This document shows positions 23,901 through 35,590 of a stretch of DNA of 64,000 nt, in pieces. Location: positions 5,828,001 through 5,892,000 of the forward strand of contig NC_090363.1 of assembly GCF_035084215.1 (NCBI RefSeq), given 5' to 3'. The stretch's first letter is position 1; each line of letters begins with the position of its first letter. The position numbers were made by a program, and so were the translations under genes. This stretch comes from Heptranchias perlo. Lineage: Eukaryota. The notes under the pieces are model-generated. The model was not told where the DNA came from and made no database searches. It saw only the letters and a list, made by a program, of their open reading frames with translations.

Positions 23901-25978
23901 TATTCAATGTAGAAACAGAAAATGCTGGAAACACTCAGCAGGTCAGGCAACATCCATGGAGAGAGAAACAGAGTTAACGTTTCAGGTCGACGACCTTTCA
24001 TTAGAACTGGAAGAAGTTAGAGATTGATAAGTTTTTAAGCAAATACAAAGTCAGGGAAAAGGGGATTGAGGGGAAAGAAAGAACAACGGGGAAGGTCTGA
24101 GATAGGGTGGAGGGCAGGAGTGATTAAATGTCAAAAGGGATGGTGGCGCAAGGCAAAAGGTGGTGGTAAAGGGACAAATAAAGAAACAAGAAATGAATCC
24201 AGAGGAGGTGTAAATGGTAACAACAGAACCATTATTTGATTTAAGACTCTTAGAGGCGTCCCAGAGCATAAACATTTACATTACTTCTTAGAATCCAGCT
24301 CCCATATTTCATGTTCTAATGTCCTACATCACCCAATCGCCCAGTAATTTGTTTGCGGACCATAGAAACATAGAAAATAGGAGCAGGAGTAGGCCATTCG
24401 GCCCTTCGAGCCTGCTCCGCCCTTCAATATGATCATGGCTGATCCTTTATCTCAATACCACATTCCCGCTCTCTCCCCATACCCCTTGATGCCATATTGA
24501 CACTTGTTTTGTGGTTGAATTGAAGAGTTACACTATTCGGATTAACAACAAGTTCCTCTGAATATAAACATAGAAGCCTTGGTTCTAGTCCATACTGCAT
24601 TCATCACACTTCAGGAGTCACACCAGCAGATTATTGTGTCACAAATTTGGCTCTAATTCATAAAACAGTAACAAATCACAACTGAACGGGCAGAAAGTTG
24701 ACCAAACAAAAGCAGATAAAGGGACAAAAGCTGCCAATCAAGAATTACTGAGAAGGTGGTAATACTAAAGATGAACTCTCAGCAAACAGCTACCGGCACA
24801 ATAACTAACAAGGACAAGAGCTGGAATCATTGAAGAATATTTTTCAGAATCTGTCCGATCGTTATTGTACGTTCTCAGTAACCAGGGAACATGGAACGGG
24901 ACAAAAAAGCTTTCCCAACATAATAAACAAATAAAAATCACGGCATTCACAACAGCAGCATTAACATATCTGTACATTTCCCCTTTCCGTGTTTAACATT
25001 TTTCTAACAATGATTGGGGCCTTTAATACTTTCAGGCCCCTCCGATTTCCATTCACGGGGTTGCGTTTCTTTTGCATTCAGCTCTGTAATTGACTGCAAC
25101 TCTACTTAGAACCCGCTGAGCAAAAGCTCCAGAACACAGTCCCTTATAAGTCCAGTGGACACCGCCACATTTTGAAGGGAGTGGGCACATAAAACATCAG
25201 AATTTTCCGTATGATATACAGCATTTATAGTGTTGTTTGTAAGCTCCACCCTTTCTCCTGATCCAGTAATGGAAAAGACCTGCTCCCGTCGGAAATTCCA
25301 AGGGTCATATTATTAGTTGAAAGTCACAAAATAAGAAAATAGTAAAGCATGAACTTTTGAACGATATTTGTGACTAAATCTGTCCGCAGCTAAACAAATG
25401 AAGGACTGAAACACCCAGAATACAGTACATCCAATTTTATGTAAGAGTTATTATAATGACAAAAGAAAACGATCATATTAGATGAAAACAATCGCAGACC
25501 TGAAGCAATTACCCTGTGATACTTAAGAAACAGATTTTGTGTGGTGTCTGAATGCTATGGTGTACTGCGATACACAGAAGGATAATTCTTGACACAATAC
25601 AATTCCCGTCGTTTTATGTCACTGGCACTATTATATGGAGCGATAGCGGCGTTACAACTTCATCTCTTATTTTAACAATTTGTTTAATTCGAGGGAGTTA
25701 CAACGAACGGTATCGTTTATGCTGACCTGTGCATCGAAAAGACAAAAACGTCTCGGCCTGAGGACCACAGTGAGCATCAACTTGTGTGCCCTTCCGTAAA
25801 GGCGTTTGAACAGATTGGAGACCCAATTATATACGCGTCAGTGAAACCTCCAAATGAGATCGAAGAAGCGGATGTGTACGTGATGATGCATTCTCCGGAA
25901 CACAATGACGACTCGAGCGTGGAGTCTTCAGAATGTGTGTACGAGTTCATGTGCCCCCTTGAACTTACTGAGGAATAG
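17889..25978 (+). CDS. Gene B: NKp30-family single VJ-Ig inhibitory-type receptor; join(17889..17928,20060..20410,21266..21400,22530..22561,25694..25978), optional stop exon 25390..25440
   Basis: Leader MHPGTIIGVLLIT; V domain (VKNTSGEFIGRV, DTGIYYC, GMGTRVTV); uncharged TM; phase-consistent cytoplasmic exons ending in IVYADL, IIYASV, VYVMM, VYEFM. Confidence 0.75.
18270..19105 (+). mobile_element. Internally deleted CR1 (ORF1 esterase-like fragment joined to RT C-terminus), gene B intron 1
   Basis: ADFRELGKRLISRSSRVVISGLFPVP then EVMLEQYKTLVRPQLEYCIQFWSP and the 3' tail. Confidence 0.8.
19598..19975 (-). mobile_element. Degraded 3' end of a second CR1-clade (Zenon-like) LINE
   Basis: Similar to 53755-54340 on the opposite strand. 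Confidence 0.6.
20060..20410 (+). CDS. Gene B V-type Ig exon
   Basis: Acceptor ctctctctttcAG|CT, donor AAAG|GTATG; canonical C-W-C plus an extra CNKC. Confidence 0.9.
20890..20930 (+). repeat. 41-nt intronic copy of gene B V-exon segment 20268..20308
   Basis: taaagactcAtttgaagcaaaCaaaaaTgcttctattacaa versus taaagactcGtttgaagcaaaTaaaaaCgcttctattacaa; 38/41 identical. Confidence 0.9.
21266..21400 (+). CDS. Gene B stalk/TM exon
   Basis: ttctctacAG|GT ... CGAG|GTAAC; GAEYINADHPTSTPKNNLITLSMVFIVVLLQLTAGVIALHVCKHR. Confidence 0.8.
21525..21950 (-). mobile_element. Deu-SINE
   Basis: Reverse-complement SINE core and tRNA-like head (gagtgctaccgactgagcca). Confidence 0.8.
22530..22561 (+). CDS. Gene B cytoplasmic micro-exon (DRAPRTRMEKQ)
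   Basis: attttacAG|AT ... CAG|GTAAGC; 32 nt converts phase 1 to phase 0, exactly as needed for the last exon. Confidence 0.7.
23910..24235 (-). mobile_element. Penelope-like 3' terminal fragment
   Basis: aaatgctggaaacactcagcaggtcaggc...gtttcaggtcgacgaccttt, matching 35440-35560. Confidence 0.75.
25390..25440 (+). other. Gene B 51-nt phase-0 cassette exon with in-frame TGA (LNK*RTETPRIQYIQFY)
   Basis: tgtccgcAG|CTA ... TAT|GTAAGA; length divisible by 3, with a single stop in the phase-0 frame at 25399-25401. Confidence 0.55.
25694..25978 (+). CDS. Gene B terminal tyrosine-motif exon (2 ITIM + 2 YxxM)
   Basis: GVTTNGIVYADLCIEK...PIIYASVKPPNEIEEADVYVMMH...ECVYEFMCPLELTEE*; 95 codons including the stop. 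The acceptor (ttcgAG|GGA) is atypical, with G at -3. Confidence 0.75.
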   Translation, partial: GVTTNGIVYADLCIEKTKTSRPEDHSEHQLVCPSVKAFEQIGDPIIYASVKPPNEIEEADVYVMMHSPEHNDDSSVESSECVYEFMCPLELTEE

Positions 25979-26271
25979 TTTCCCTTCTGGCCTATTGATC
26001 CTCTGAGAAAGAAGACCAATCAATTTGTGTGTGCGTCAGTGAGAGTGTGCTGTTGATTCAATGCTATTCCTTTATCTCAGTGATTACTTTGAGAATTTGC
26101 AAATTTAAGTGTGGGACGGCGATGCGAATGCGGAGGATTCTAACCTAACGTTCGGGCACACAACTCATTCCTATGAAGAAAAAAACATTAACTTGGCTTA
26201 GGGCTAGAATTCAGCCTACTCACAATCAATGCGCGGGATGTATGTCTAGATGCCAATCGTCACACGCCTAT

Positions 26272-26277
26272 AATAAA
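26272..26277 (+). promoter_or_regulatory. Candidate polyadenylation signal of gene B
   Basis: AATAAA about 295 nt after the stop codon. Confidence 0.45.
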
Positions 26278-26302
26278 GTTAATACCTTACTAAGTGACAG
26301 GT

Positions 26303-27810
26303 TCATAGAATCATAGAAAATTTACAGCGCAGAAGGAGGCTGTTCGGCCCATCGTGTCCGCGCCGGCTGAGAAAGGAGCCACCCAGCCTAATCCCACTTT
26401 CCCGCATTTGGGCCGTAGCCCTACAGGTCACGACTCTTCAGGTGCACATCCAGGTATTTTTTAAAAGAGTTGAGGGTTTCTGCCTCTACCACCCCCTCAG
26501 GCAGTGAGTTCCAGACCCCCACCACACTCTGGGTGAAAAATTCTTCCTAATTTCCGCTCTAATCCTTCTACCAACCACTTTAATTCTAAGCCCCTGTTAT
26601 TGACCACTCCACTAAGGGAAATAGGTCTTCCTATCCATTCTATCTAGGCCACTCATAATTTTGTACACCTCAATCAAATCACCCCTCAGCCTCCTCTGTT
26701 CCAAGGAAAACAACCCCAGCCTATCCAATTTTTCGTCATAGCTAAAATTCTCCAGCCCTGGCAACATCCTCGTAAATCTCCTTTGTACCCTCTCTAGTGC
26801 AATCACATCCTTCCTGTAATGTGGTGACCAAAACTGTGCGCAGTACTCTAGCTGTCGCCTAACTAGTGTTTTATACAGTTCCAGCATAACATCCCTGCTT
26901 TTATATTCTATGCCTCGGCTAATAAAGGAACGCATCCCATATGCCTTCTTAACCACCTTATCTACCTGTCCTGCTACCTTCAGGGATCTGTGGACATGCA
27001 CTCCAAGGTCCCTCACTTCCCCTACACTTCTCAGTATCCTCCCATTTATTGTGTACTCCCTTGCCTTGTTAGCTCTCCCCAAATGCATTCCCTCACACTT
27101 TTCCGGATTGAACTCCATTTGCCACTTTTCTGCCCATCTGACCAGTCCATTGATATCTTCCTGCAGTCTACAGTTTTCCTCCTCATTATCAACCACACGG
27201 CCTATCTTTGTGCCATGCACAAATTTCTTAATCATGCCCCCTACGTTTAAGTCCAAATCATTAATGTATACCACAAAAAGCAAAGGACCGAGCCCTGTGG
27301 CGCCACACTGGAAACAGCCTTCCAGTTGCAAAAACACTCTTTCACCATTATCCTTTGCTTCCTGCCACTGAGCCAATTTTGGATCCAATTTTCCACAATC
27401 CCTTGGATCCCATGGGCCTATACTTTTTTGACCAATCTTTTCATGTGGGACTTTGTCAAAAGCCTTGCTAAAATCCATGTAGACTACATCAATTGCACTA
27501 CCCTCATCGATCCTCCTTGTCATCTCCTCGAAAAATTAAATCAAGTTAGTCAGACACGACCTCCCCTTAACAAATCCGTGCTGACTGTCCTTGATTAGTC
27601 TGTGACTTTATAAGTGACAGTTTATCCTGTCTCTCAGAATTGATTCCAATAATTTGCCCACCACCGAGGTTAGGCTGACTGGCCTGTAATTACTCAATCT
27701 ATCCTTCACTCCCTTTTTAAACAACGGTACAACGTTAGCAGTCCTCCAATCCTCCGGCACTACGCCTGTTTGTAAAATGATTGTTAAAGCCTCTGATATT
27801 TTCTCCTTGA
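26303..27810 (-). mobile_element. CR1 LINE, 5'-truncated RT
   Basis: ORF 26612..27523: DVVYMDFSKAFDKVPH, LGPLLFVVYINDL, LEYCAQFWSP. Confidence 0.92.
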
Positions 27811-28294
27811 CTGTTCCTTTTGTGTGATTAAGGCAATAAATATATTTAGTTAAACCTTATTTGCTTTGAGTTGTCACTATGAGCGTAGTCCTGGCAGTGT
27901 GTTCCCTTCTCCAGGCATGGGGACTGTGATACCGCGTCATTGCCTGCCTCCTTACACCTAGGGGAAAGAGTAGAAGCACGAAGTACAGCCACGAAGGGGC
28001 CTTGAAGGACTGAATTGATTTTGGACTTGTTCCAGACATTGCCTGTTTCAGCAATTTTCTGCAGAAACTTTCCTTTAACCACGAAATAGAGTCTTTAATA
28101 CAGGATGGAAAGCGAACGCAATCTCACGTAGCAAAGCTTCTCTAACAAGATTAGCCACTAAACAGCCTGATGTAGCCATTCTTGGAGAGTCATATCTATC
28201 GACTAACATCCCAAATTACTCCTTTGCCATCCCTGGAAATACCCTCCCCCATCAAAAGCATAGACTCAACAGTAGCGTGACCACAGTGCTATAC

Positions 28295-28640
28295 AACAAC
28301 AACTTGCATTTATTTGGCGCCGTTAACGTAGCAAAACGTCCCAAAGTGTTTCACAGGATTGATTATCAAACAAAATTTGACACCGAGCCACATAAGGCGA
28401 CATTAGGACAGGTGGCCAAAAGCTTGGTCAAAGAGATAGGTTTTAAGGAGTGTCTTGTGGAGGAGAGAGAGATAGAGAGGTGGAAAGCATTAGTGAGGGA
28501 ATTCCAGAGCTTAGGGCCTAGGCAGCTGAAGGCACGGTCGCCAATGTTGGAGCGATGGAAATCGGGGATGCACAGGAGACCAGAATTGGAGGGATCTCAG
28601 AGGGATGTAGGGCTGGAGGAGGTTATAGAGATATGCAGTT
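28295..28640 (-). mobile_element. L2-type LINE 3' end
   Basis: Reverse complement of the 17315-17650 family; acaacaacaacttgcatttat tail. Confidence 0.75.
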
Positions 28641-28974
28641 TGATGAGCGTGACCATGTGAGTTCTCCACAATGACTCCGGATCCCATAAAGTCTCATAAC
28701 CTCAGGTCAAACAAAACCAAGGAAACTTCCTGCAGATTACCCCCCTAGTACCCCTGTACTCAAGATTCAGTAATTCGCTATGTTGCACACCACTTGTTGG
28801 AAACGTTGGGAGGATCAAGGAAATGGAATATACTCTGAATAATATTTCAGTTTTACAAAGAGAGTTGGTTGAATCCTGAAGGACATAACTACCCACCTGG
28901 GTCTTCGTCAGGTCGTCAGCGAGGGAGTAATTTACTTGGCCTCCTTGAAAATTACCTGTCACAGAAATTAAAGA

Positions 28975-29670
28975 ATCATAGAATCATACAAAGGTTACAG
29001 CATGGAATCAGGCCATTTGGCCCATTCAGTCTATGCCGGCTCTATGCAAGAGCAATCCAGCTAGTCTCACTCCCCCGCTCTATCCCCGTAGCCATGCATT
29101 TTTTTTCCTTTTAATTACTTATCCAGTTCCCTTCTGAAAGCCACGATTAAGTCTGCCTCCACCCCACCACCACCACCAACACGACAGTGCATTCCAGATC
29201 TTAGCCACTCGCTGCGTAGAAACGTTTATCCTCAAGTCACCTTTGGTTCTTTTGCCAATCACCTTAAATCTATGTCCTCTGGTTGTTGACCCTTTCACCA
29301 ATGGGAACAGTTTCTCTCTATCTATTCTGTCTAGATCCTTCATGATTTTAAATACCTATATCAAATCTCCTCTCAGCAACTCTAGCTTCTCCAGTCTATC
29401 CACATAACTAAAGTCCCTCATCCCTGGGGTCATTCTAGTAAATCTTTTCTGCACCCTCTCTAAGGCCTTCACATCTTTCCTAAAGTGTGGAGCCCAGAAC
29501 GGGACACAATACTCCAGTTATGGTCGAACCAGTTTTTTATAAAGGTTCATCATGACTTCCTTACGTTTGTACTCTATGCCTCTATTTATAAAGCACAGGA
29601 TCCTGTCTGCTTTTTTAACTGCTTTCTCAACTTGCCTTGCCATCTTCAACGGTTTGTGCACATATACCCC
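28975..29670 (-). mobile_element. CR1 3' fragment
   Basis: RGIEYKRKEVMMNLYKKLVRP; TRGHRFKV. Confidence 0.85.
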
Positions 29671-29714
29671 CAGAATAGAGGGGGGACCACACCATAGTCT
29701 TTGTGACGACATGT

Positions 29715-29898
29715 GGGTAGATTTTCAGCATTCCACTCTGGTATATATATGGCTTTGCAGATTGGTTGCCCATTATAGAAACCATCTAATTTTTATTCCC
29801 ATTGATTTTATTGGACATTAAAATTGGACAGATTCTATAACAAGTAGTCGTTCTGCACCGCCAATTTTATGCCTGGACAGCAAGTTGCAAATCTACCC
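29715..29898. mobile_element. Palindromic MITE
   Basis: GGGTAGATTT ... AAATCTACCC. Confidence 0.65.
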
Positions 29899-29949
29899 TG
29901 AAGTCTCGTCTTCACCTCCGTTGTGTAGTGTTCCAATATCGCCATACTA

Positions 29950-31810
29950 ACTGGACAGACTAAAGACAAATCTAATAAATGGGTGTCCATGAGGTACTAC
30001 AGGCCATTAGCTCTTCTGAGATGATTCCACAGTGTTCAGCTGCATTCCCAGCTCCTTCGACAATGAAGCAACCCACGCCAGTCTGCAGAAGTACCAGGGC
30101 AACTTGCAGTCCCGGGCTGATAGGCGTCACGTAGCATTTGCATCACATAAGAGCCAGGCTGTGATCATATTCAACAGGAATAGGTCCACCTGACCACCTC
30201 CACCTGCCCTTTAACGATATTACAAAGGCCCAGCCCTTCTCCCCCTCACCACCATCACCCAGGAGCTTGGATATAACATAGATGAGGAGGGGGTGGTCAT
30301 GGAACCACCTCCTCCCATGAGTTGTTTGACTGTCCACCACCACTCTCGACTGGATGTGTTAGAGCTACACAGTTGTGCTGTGACCCATTGCTTATGGGAA
30401 CACTTAGCGCCGGCTAAACCCTTTTGCTTTCGATGTTTAATATGATTGTAGTCCTATGTAGTAGGTTTACTCAATTGATGTTTCGTTCTAAGACATACCC
30501 GCTCTTGGCACGCCCTTTTACAGTGACCATTGGATTAGAATTGGTCTCCCATCTTGTAGGTCATGGAAGAGCGAAGATTATGTCTGAGAATGAGATTACA
30601 CATTGTGATGGTCTACAACATTGCTACTGCTGGTGGCCCCTAGTGCCTCATGGATGTCCACTTTTGAGCTATTAGATTCCTCCTTAGTCTGTCCACTTAG
30701 CATGGTGGTCGTGGGACACTTTACAATAAACGGTCTCATCAATGTGACAAGGAAACTAGGGGTTGGATTTTCAACTTGCTGCCTGGGCTTAAAACTGGCT
30801 TAAACTGTTATAGAAGCAGCCCGAGTTTCATGTTGATTACAATCAATAGCAATGAATATCAGGCGGTTTCTATAATGAACAGGTAATCTGCAATGTCTGT
30901 TTTACATTGGGATGAAGTTGACAATCTACCACTTTGTCTTCACAAAGACTGTGGTGTGGTCCCTCCTACAAATGCTTTCACGGACTGACGGTTCTGTGAC
31001 AAGTAATTTGGCAAGGTCAAGATTGGAAGCAGTACCATGTAGGCAGCTATTTCCTTCAGGACCCAGTCGAGTCTGTCAGTAATACTGCAGTCTCATCCAG
31101 AGTGTATATTACATGTTCCCACTGCTCCTCTCCCCCTCAGTGCTGCGAACAAGTGGTGTTGAAAATAGTGGAGTATTAATTCTTCAGTTCAGAGGGCAGT
31201 AGTGATACACAGCATGAGGTTCCTTTGGCCTTCTTTGACCTGAAGTCATAAGACTTCATGGGGTCCGAAGTCAATGTTGAGAACACACATCGCTACGCCG
31301 GCCCCACTATGGTCCCACTACTGCTGGACCTAACCTTTTCTCTTCGACAGGGCATACCCAGGAATGGGAATGGAGAAGTCTGGGATATTGGCTGATAAAT
31401 ATGACCCTGTGAGAATGAATACATCAGACTTTTTTTTCAGTTTATGGGACAACTCTGCCAATATATACACTGATCCCCAGATGTTAGCAAGTAATGGTCG
31501 ACTGGATAGGGATTGACTCAGTTTTGTTCTGATCCAATGCTTGATTCGTTGCCAATAGGTACAACCACTATTTATTTTGGGTTCGTTAGTGAACATTTTA
31601 CAACTGAGTGGTTTGCTAGATCACTTCAGAGGCCTTTAAGAGTCAGTCACATATTGTAAGAGTGGAGTCACATTGGGCTAAGTTCGCTTTCCATTAGTGA
31701 AGCCATTGAATCTTCGGGACAATTGGATAATTTTTTCTTTGTGGTAGTCGCCACACATGAATTCATTTTCACAACTTACCCTGGTGAAATTTGAACTCAC
31801 GATTTCTGCA
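29950..31810. mobile_element. Old degraded Zenon-like LINE fragments with an inserted MITE (about 30759-30930)
   Basis: Endonuclease remnant IPGYALS on the minus strand; MITE ends ggggttggattttcaactt / aagttgacaatctacc. Confidence 0.5.
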
Positions 31811-32129
31811 TTACTAGTCCAGTGCCATAACTATTACAATACCAGATGAGGGTGAGCTGGAGAAGGGAATGAATGCAGGGATGTGAGATGGCCACAGAAG
31901 CATACAGCCGTCCTGCTGTTTTGCCACCCAATCCAACGATAAACCCATGACGTGAGGAGAATTTCTGCTGGAGCCTCATATTTAGCCAGGATGCCCTTAC
32001 ACAGCTGCGTCATCTGCTTAAAGATGACCTGCAGACAACCTCAAACATAAAGACGAGACTGCCCCCAAATATTATTCGACAGGAATAACAACTTAATCAT
32101 TTTCACCATTAAACCATATAAAGAAAAAA

Positions 32130-32490
32130 AGGAAGAATTTTAATTTATATGGGCCGTCCCATCGAGCTTCACAGTCAATAAAGTACTTTTGAAGAGTAAC
32201 CATTGTTGTAATGTAGGAAACGCGGCTGCCCACAGCAAGGACCCACAGACAGCAATGAGATAATGACCAGATAATCTGTTTTAGTGTTAACAGTTGAGGG
32301 ATAAACATTGGCCAGGACACGGGGGAGATCTCCCCTGCTCTTCTTCGAAATAGTGCCATGGGATCTTTTACATCCACTTGAGAGGGCAGACAAGGCCTCG
32401 GTTTAACCTTTCCTCCGAAAGACGGCACGTCAGACAGTACAGCACTCCCTCAGTACTGCATTGGAGTGTCAGCCTAGATTTGTGCTCAAG
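32130..32490 (-). mobile_element. Deu-SINE
   Basis: Core reverse complement ggcctcggtttaacctttcctccgaaagacggcac. Confidence 0.8.
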
Positions 32491-33377
32491 TCGACTTAAC
32501 AGCACAGACCAGGGATACAACCTGGTGCCTTCTGCTCCGGATAGCTCATCACTACAGCATGCAATGTGTTTATTCAGTAAGCTATTGGGAAGCTTAAATT
32601 GTATTTAAATAAATTGAACTTACTAAGGCACTTCCAACTAGAATTATAGAATCCAATGGTTAAATCCAGGAAACTTTTATTTTGGTTAAACTATATGAGC
32701 ACAATCGAGCATGATTCTACTTGCTAAAATAAGCCGCTGATAAAATCAAAGAACAAATTATCATTCTGGTGAATATCACTTGAAACACTAGTATTATTAT
32801 GTAACATCGTGCTGAGTTATTTTATCTCCTAAATTATTCATAATTAATAAAATAGTGTTATTTTCATCTTAATCATCGGATTATCACTTTATGGATACAA
32901 TTTAAGACAGAAAGCGCAGATATTTCAACTTTAGGCTCCTTCAAGGTGTCCATAATGTAACTGACTTAAATCTCCACTGGTCACATCAAGGACACAATCT
33001 ATAGTGGTGGTTGCATCCCGGTTCCACATATTAGAGTCATGAATCGGCGTTGCACCATGGCTTGTTTCACATAGGCGAGTACTCAGACATTTCTCCGTTG
33101 TACAATCTTCGCAAATTTTAAGTCGTCCTTCGTTTCACTTTCTTGTTTAATAGAATGAAATAAAAGGAAATTTACAGGTTTATCAGTTGTGGAATTATAA
33201 TATATTAACTATTACACTGATAAATTTCAATAGCATGCAACAATATTGACTACAATCATTGCAATTAAATCAGCTATACACTACATTACTTACTATTTCG
33301 TTAATAAAGTGTCAACAGTTTATTGATAGCACTTGATAATCTCCCTTTTAGCTTGGCTAAAAATAAAACTGCATTGC

Positions 33378-35590
33378 GTTTCAGGTCGATGAGGAAGAAG
33401 CGAAGGGGAGGAAAGAATAAAAGGGAAGATCTGTGTTAGGCTGGAGAGCAGAAGTGATTAAACAACAAAAGGAATGATGGTGCAAGGCAAAGGGGGTGGT
33501 AATGGAACGGCAAAGAAACAAAAGATGGGACTATAGGAGCTGTAAATGGAAACAGCAGAACCTTTACAGGAGCAGTGGTTATGAACTGAAGTGATTGAAA
33601 CCAATGTTGAGCCCAGAAGTTTGTAAAGTGCCTAATCGAAAGATGAGGTGCTGTTCCTCAAGCTTCCGTTGAACTTCGTTGGAACAGTGTAAGAGGCCGA
33701 GGACAGAGAGGTCAGAGTGGGAGTGGGACGGGGTATTAAAATGGCAAGCGACCAAGGTCACACTTGCAGACTAATGAGGTGTTCAACAAAGCGATCCCCC
33801 AATCTGTGTTTGGTCTCCCCAATATAGAGGAGATGGCATCGGCAGCAGCGAATACGGTATACTAATTTGAAAGAAGTACAAGTAAATCGCTGTTTCACCT
33901 AAAAGGAATGTTTGGGGGTCAGGACGGTGGGAAGGTAGGAGGAGAAATGGCAAATGTTGCATCTCCTGTGTTTGCACCGCAAGGTGCCTTGGGAAGGAGA
34001 GCGGGTGTTGGGGGTGATGGAAGAGTGGACCAGGGTTTCGGGGAGGGAATGGTCCCTTTGCAATGCTGAAAGGGGAAGGAAGGGGACGATGTGTTTGGTG
34101 GTGGCATCGTGCTGGAGGTTGTGGAAATGGTGGATGATGATCCATTGAATGTGGAGGCCGGTGGGGTGGAAGGTGAGGATAGGGGGGACTTTATCGTGGT
34201 TCTAGAGGGTGTGGAAGGGGTGAGGGCAGAAGTGCGGGAAATAGGACAGACAAGGCCGAGGGACCTGTCAACCACAGTGGAGAGGAATCCTCGGTTGAGG
34301 AAAAAGGAAGACATATCAGAAGAATAGTGTGGAAGGTGGCATCATTGGAAAAGATGCAATGCAATTGTATCTGTTCCAATTATGCCAATTCTCCCAATTT
34401 CTCCATCTCTGCCGCATCTGATCCAACAATGCCACCTTCCACACCAGTGCTTCCGAAATGTCTTCCTTTTTCCACAACCAAGGATTCCCCTTCACTGTGG
34501 TTGACAGGGTCTTCGATCGTATCCATCCCATTTCCCGAACTTCTGCCCTCATCATTTCCCTGCCCTCCTAGAACCATGATAGGACCCCCTTGCCCTCACC
34601 TTCCACCCCACCAGCCTCCACATTCAACGTATCATCCTCTGCCATTTCCGCAACCTCCAGCGCAATGCCACCACCAGACACATCTTCCCCTCCCCTCCGC
34701 TTCCAGCATTCCGAAGGGACCATTCCCTCCGCGACATCCTGCTCCACTCTTCCATCACTCCCAACACCCGCGCTCCTTCCCAAGGCACCTTGCGGTGCAA
34801 GCACAGGAGATGCAACATTTGCCATTTCTCCTCCTCCCTTCCCACCATCCAGGTGAAACAGCGATTTACTGGTACTTATTTCAATCCAGTATATGTTTTC
34901 GCTGCTGATGATTCGTTACCCTCTACACTGGAGAGACCAAACATAGGTTGGGTGATCGCTTTGCTGAACACCTCCGTTCAGTCTGCAAACGTGACCCTGA
35001 ACTTCTGATCAATTGCCATGTTAATTCTCCATCCCACTCGCACACTGACCTCTCTGTCCTCGACCTCCTACACTGTTCCAATGAAGTTCAATGGAAACTC
35101 GAGGAACAGCACCTCATCTTTCAATTAGGGACTTTGCAACCATCCGGACTCAACACTGATTTCAATAACTTCAGATCATAACCACTGCTCCCATCTTTAC
35201 GGACAGTAGGTGCTGGTAATGGTTCTGCTTTTGCCATTTACAGCTCCTCTTGACCCATTTTTTTTCTTTACTTGCCCCATTACCACCCATTTTCCTTGCA
35301 CCATCACCCTTTTGTTATTTAATCACTCCTGCCCTCCATCCTAACAAAACCTTCCCTTTTCTTCTTTCCTCCCCCCACCCCACTGCTTCTGCCCCCCCCC
35401 CCCACCTTTCCATGGCTTTGTACTTGCTTAAAAACTGTCAAACTTCTTCCAGTTCTGACGAAGGGTCATCGACCTGAAACGTTAACCCTATTTCTCTCTC
35501 CACAGATGCTGCCTGATGTGCTGAGTATTTCCAGCATTTTCAGTTTTTATTTCAGATTTCCACCATCTGCAGTATTTTGCTTTTTATTTT
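33378..35590. mobile_element. Penelope-like element as an inverted pair (minus copy about 33378-34360, plus copy about 34385-35590)
   Basis: GIY-YIG-type remnant (GETKHRLGDRFAEHLRSV; KLEEQHLIFRLGTL) present on both strands in mirror arrangement. Confidence 0.85.

Noticed and set aside
26612-27523. 303-aa ORF and its antisense ORFs
   Set aside because: Truncated, frameshifted CR1 reverse transcriptase; the antisense ORFs are shadows.
28300-28330. CACAGTG heptamer resembling an RSS
   Set aside because: No nonamer at 12 or 23 spacing; the following ACAACAAC is an L2 tail and no V segment is adjacent.
33783-35181. Many overlapping Pro/His/Ser-rich ORFs
   Set aside because: Alternative frames of the degraded inverted Penelope copies.
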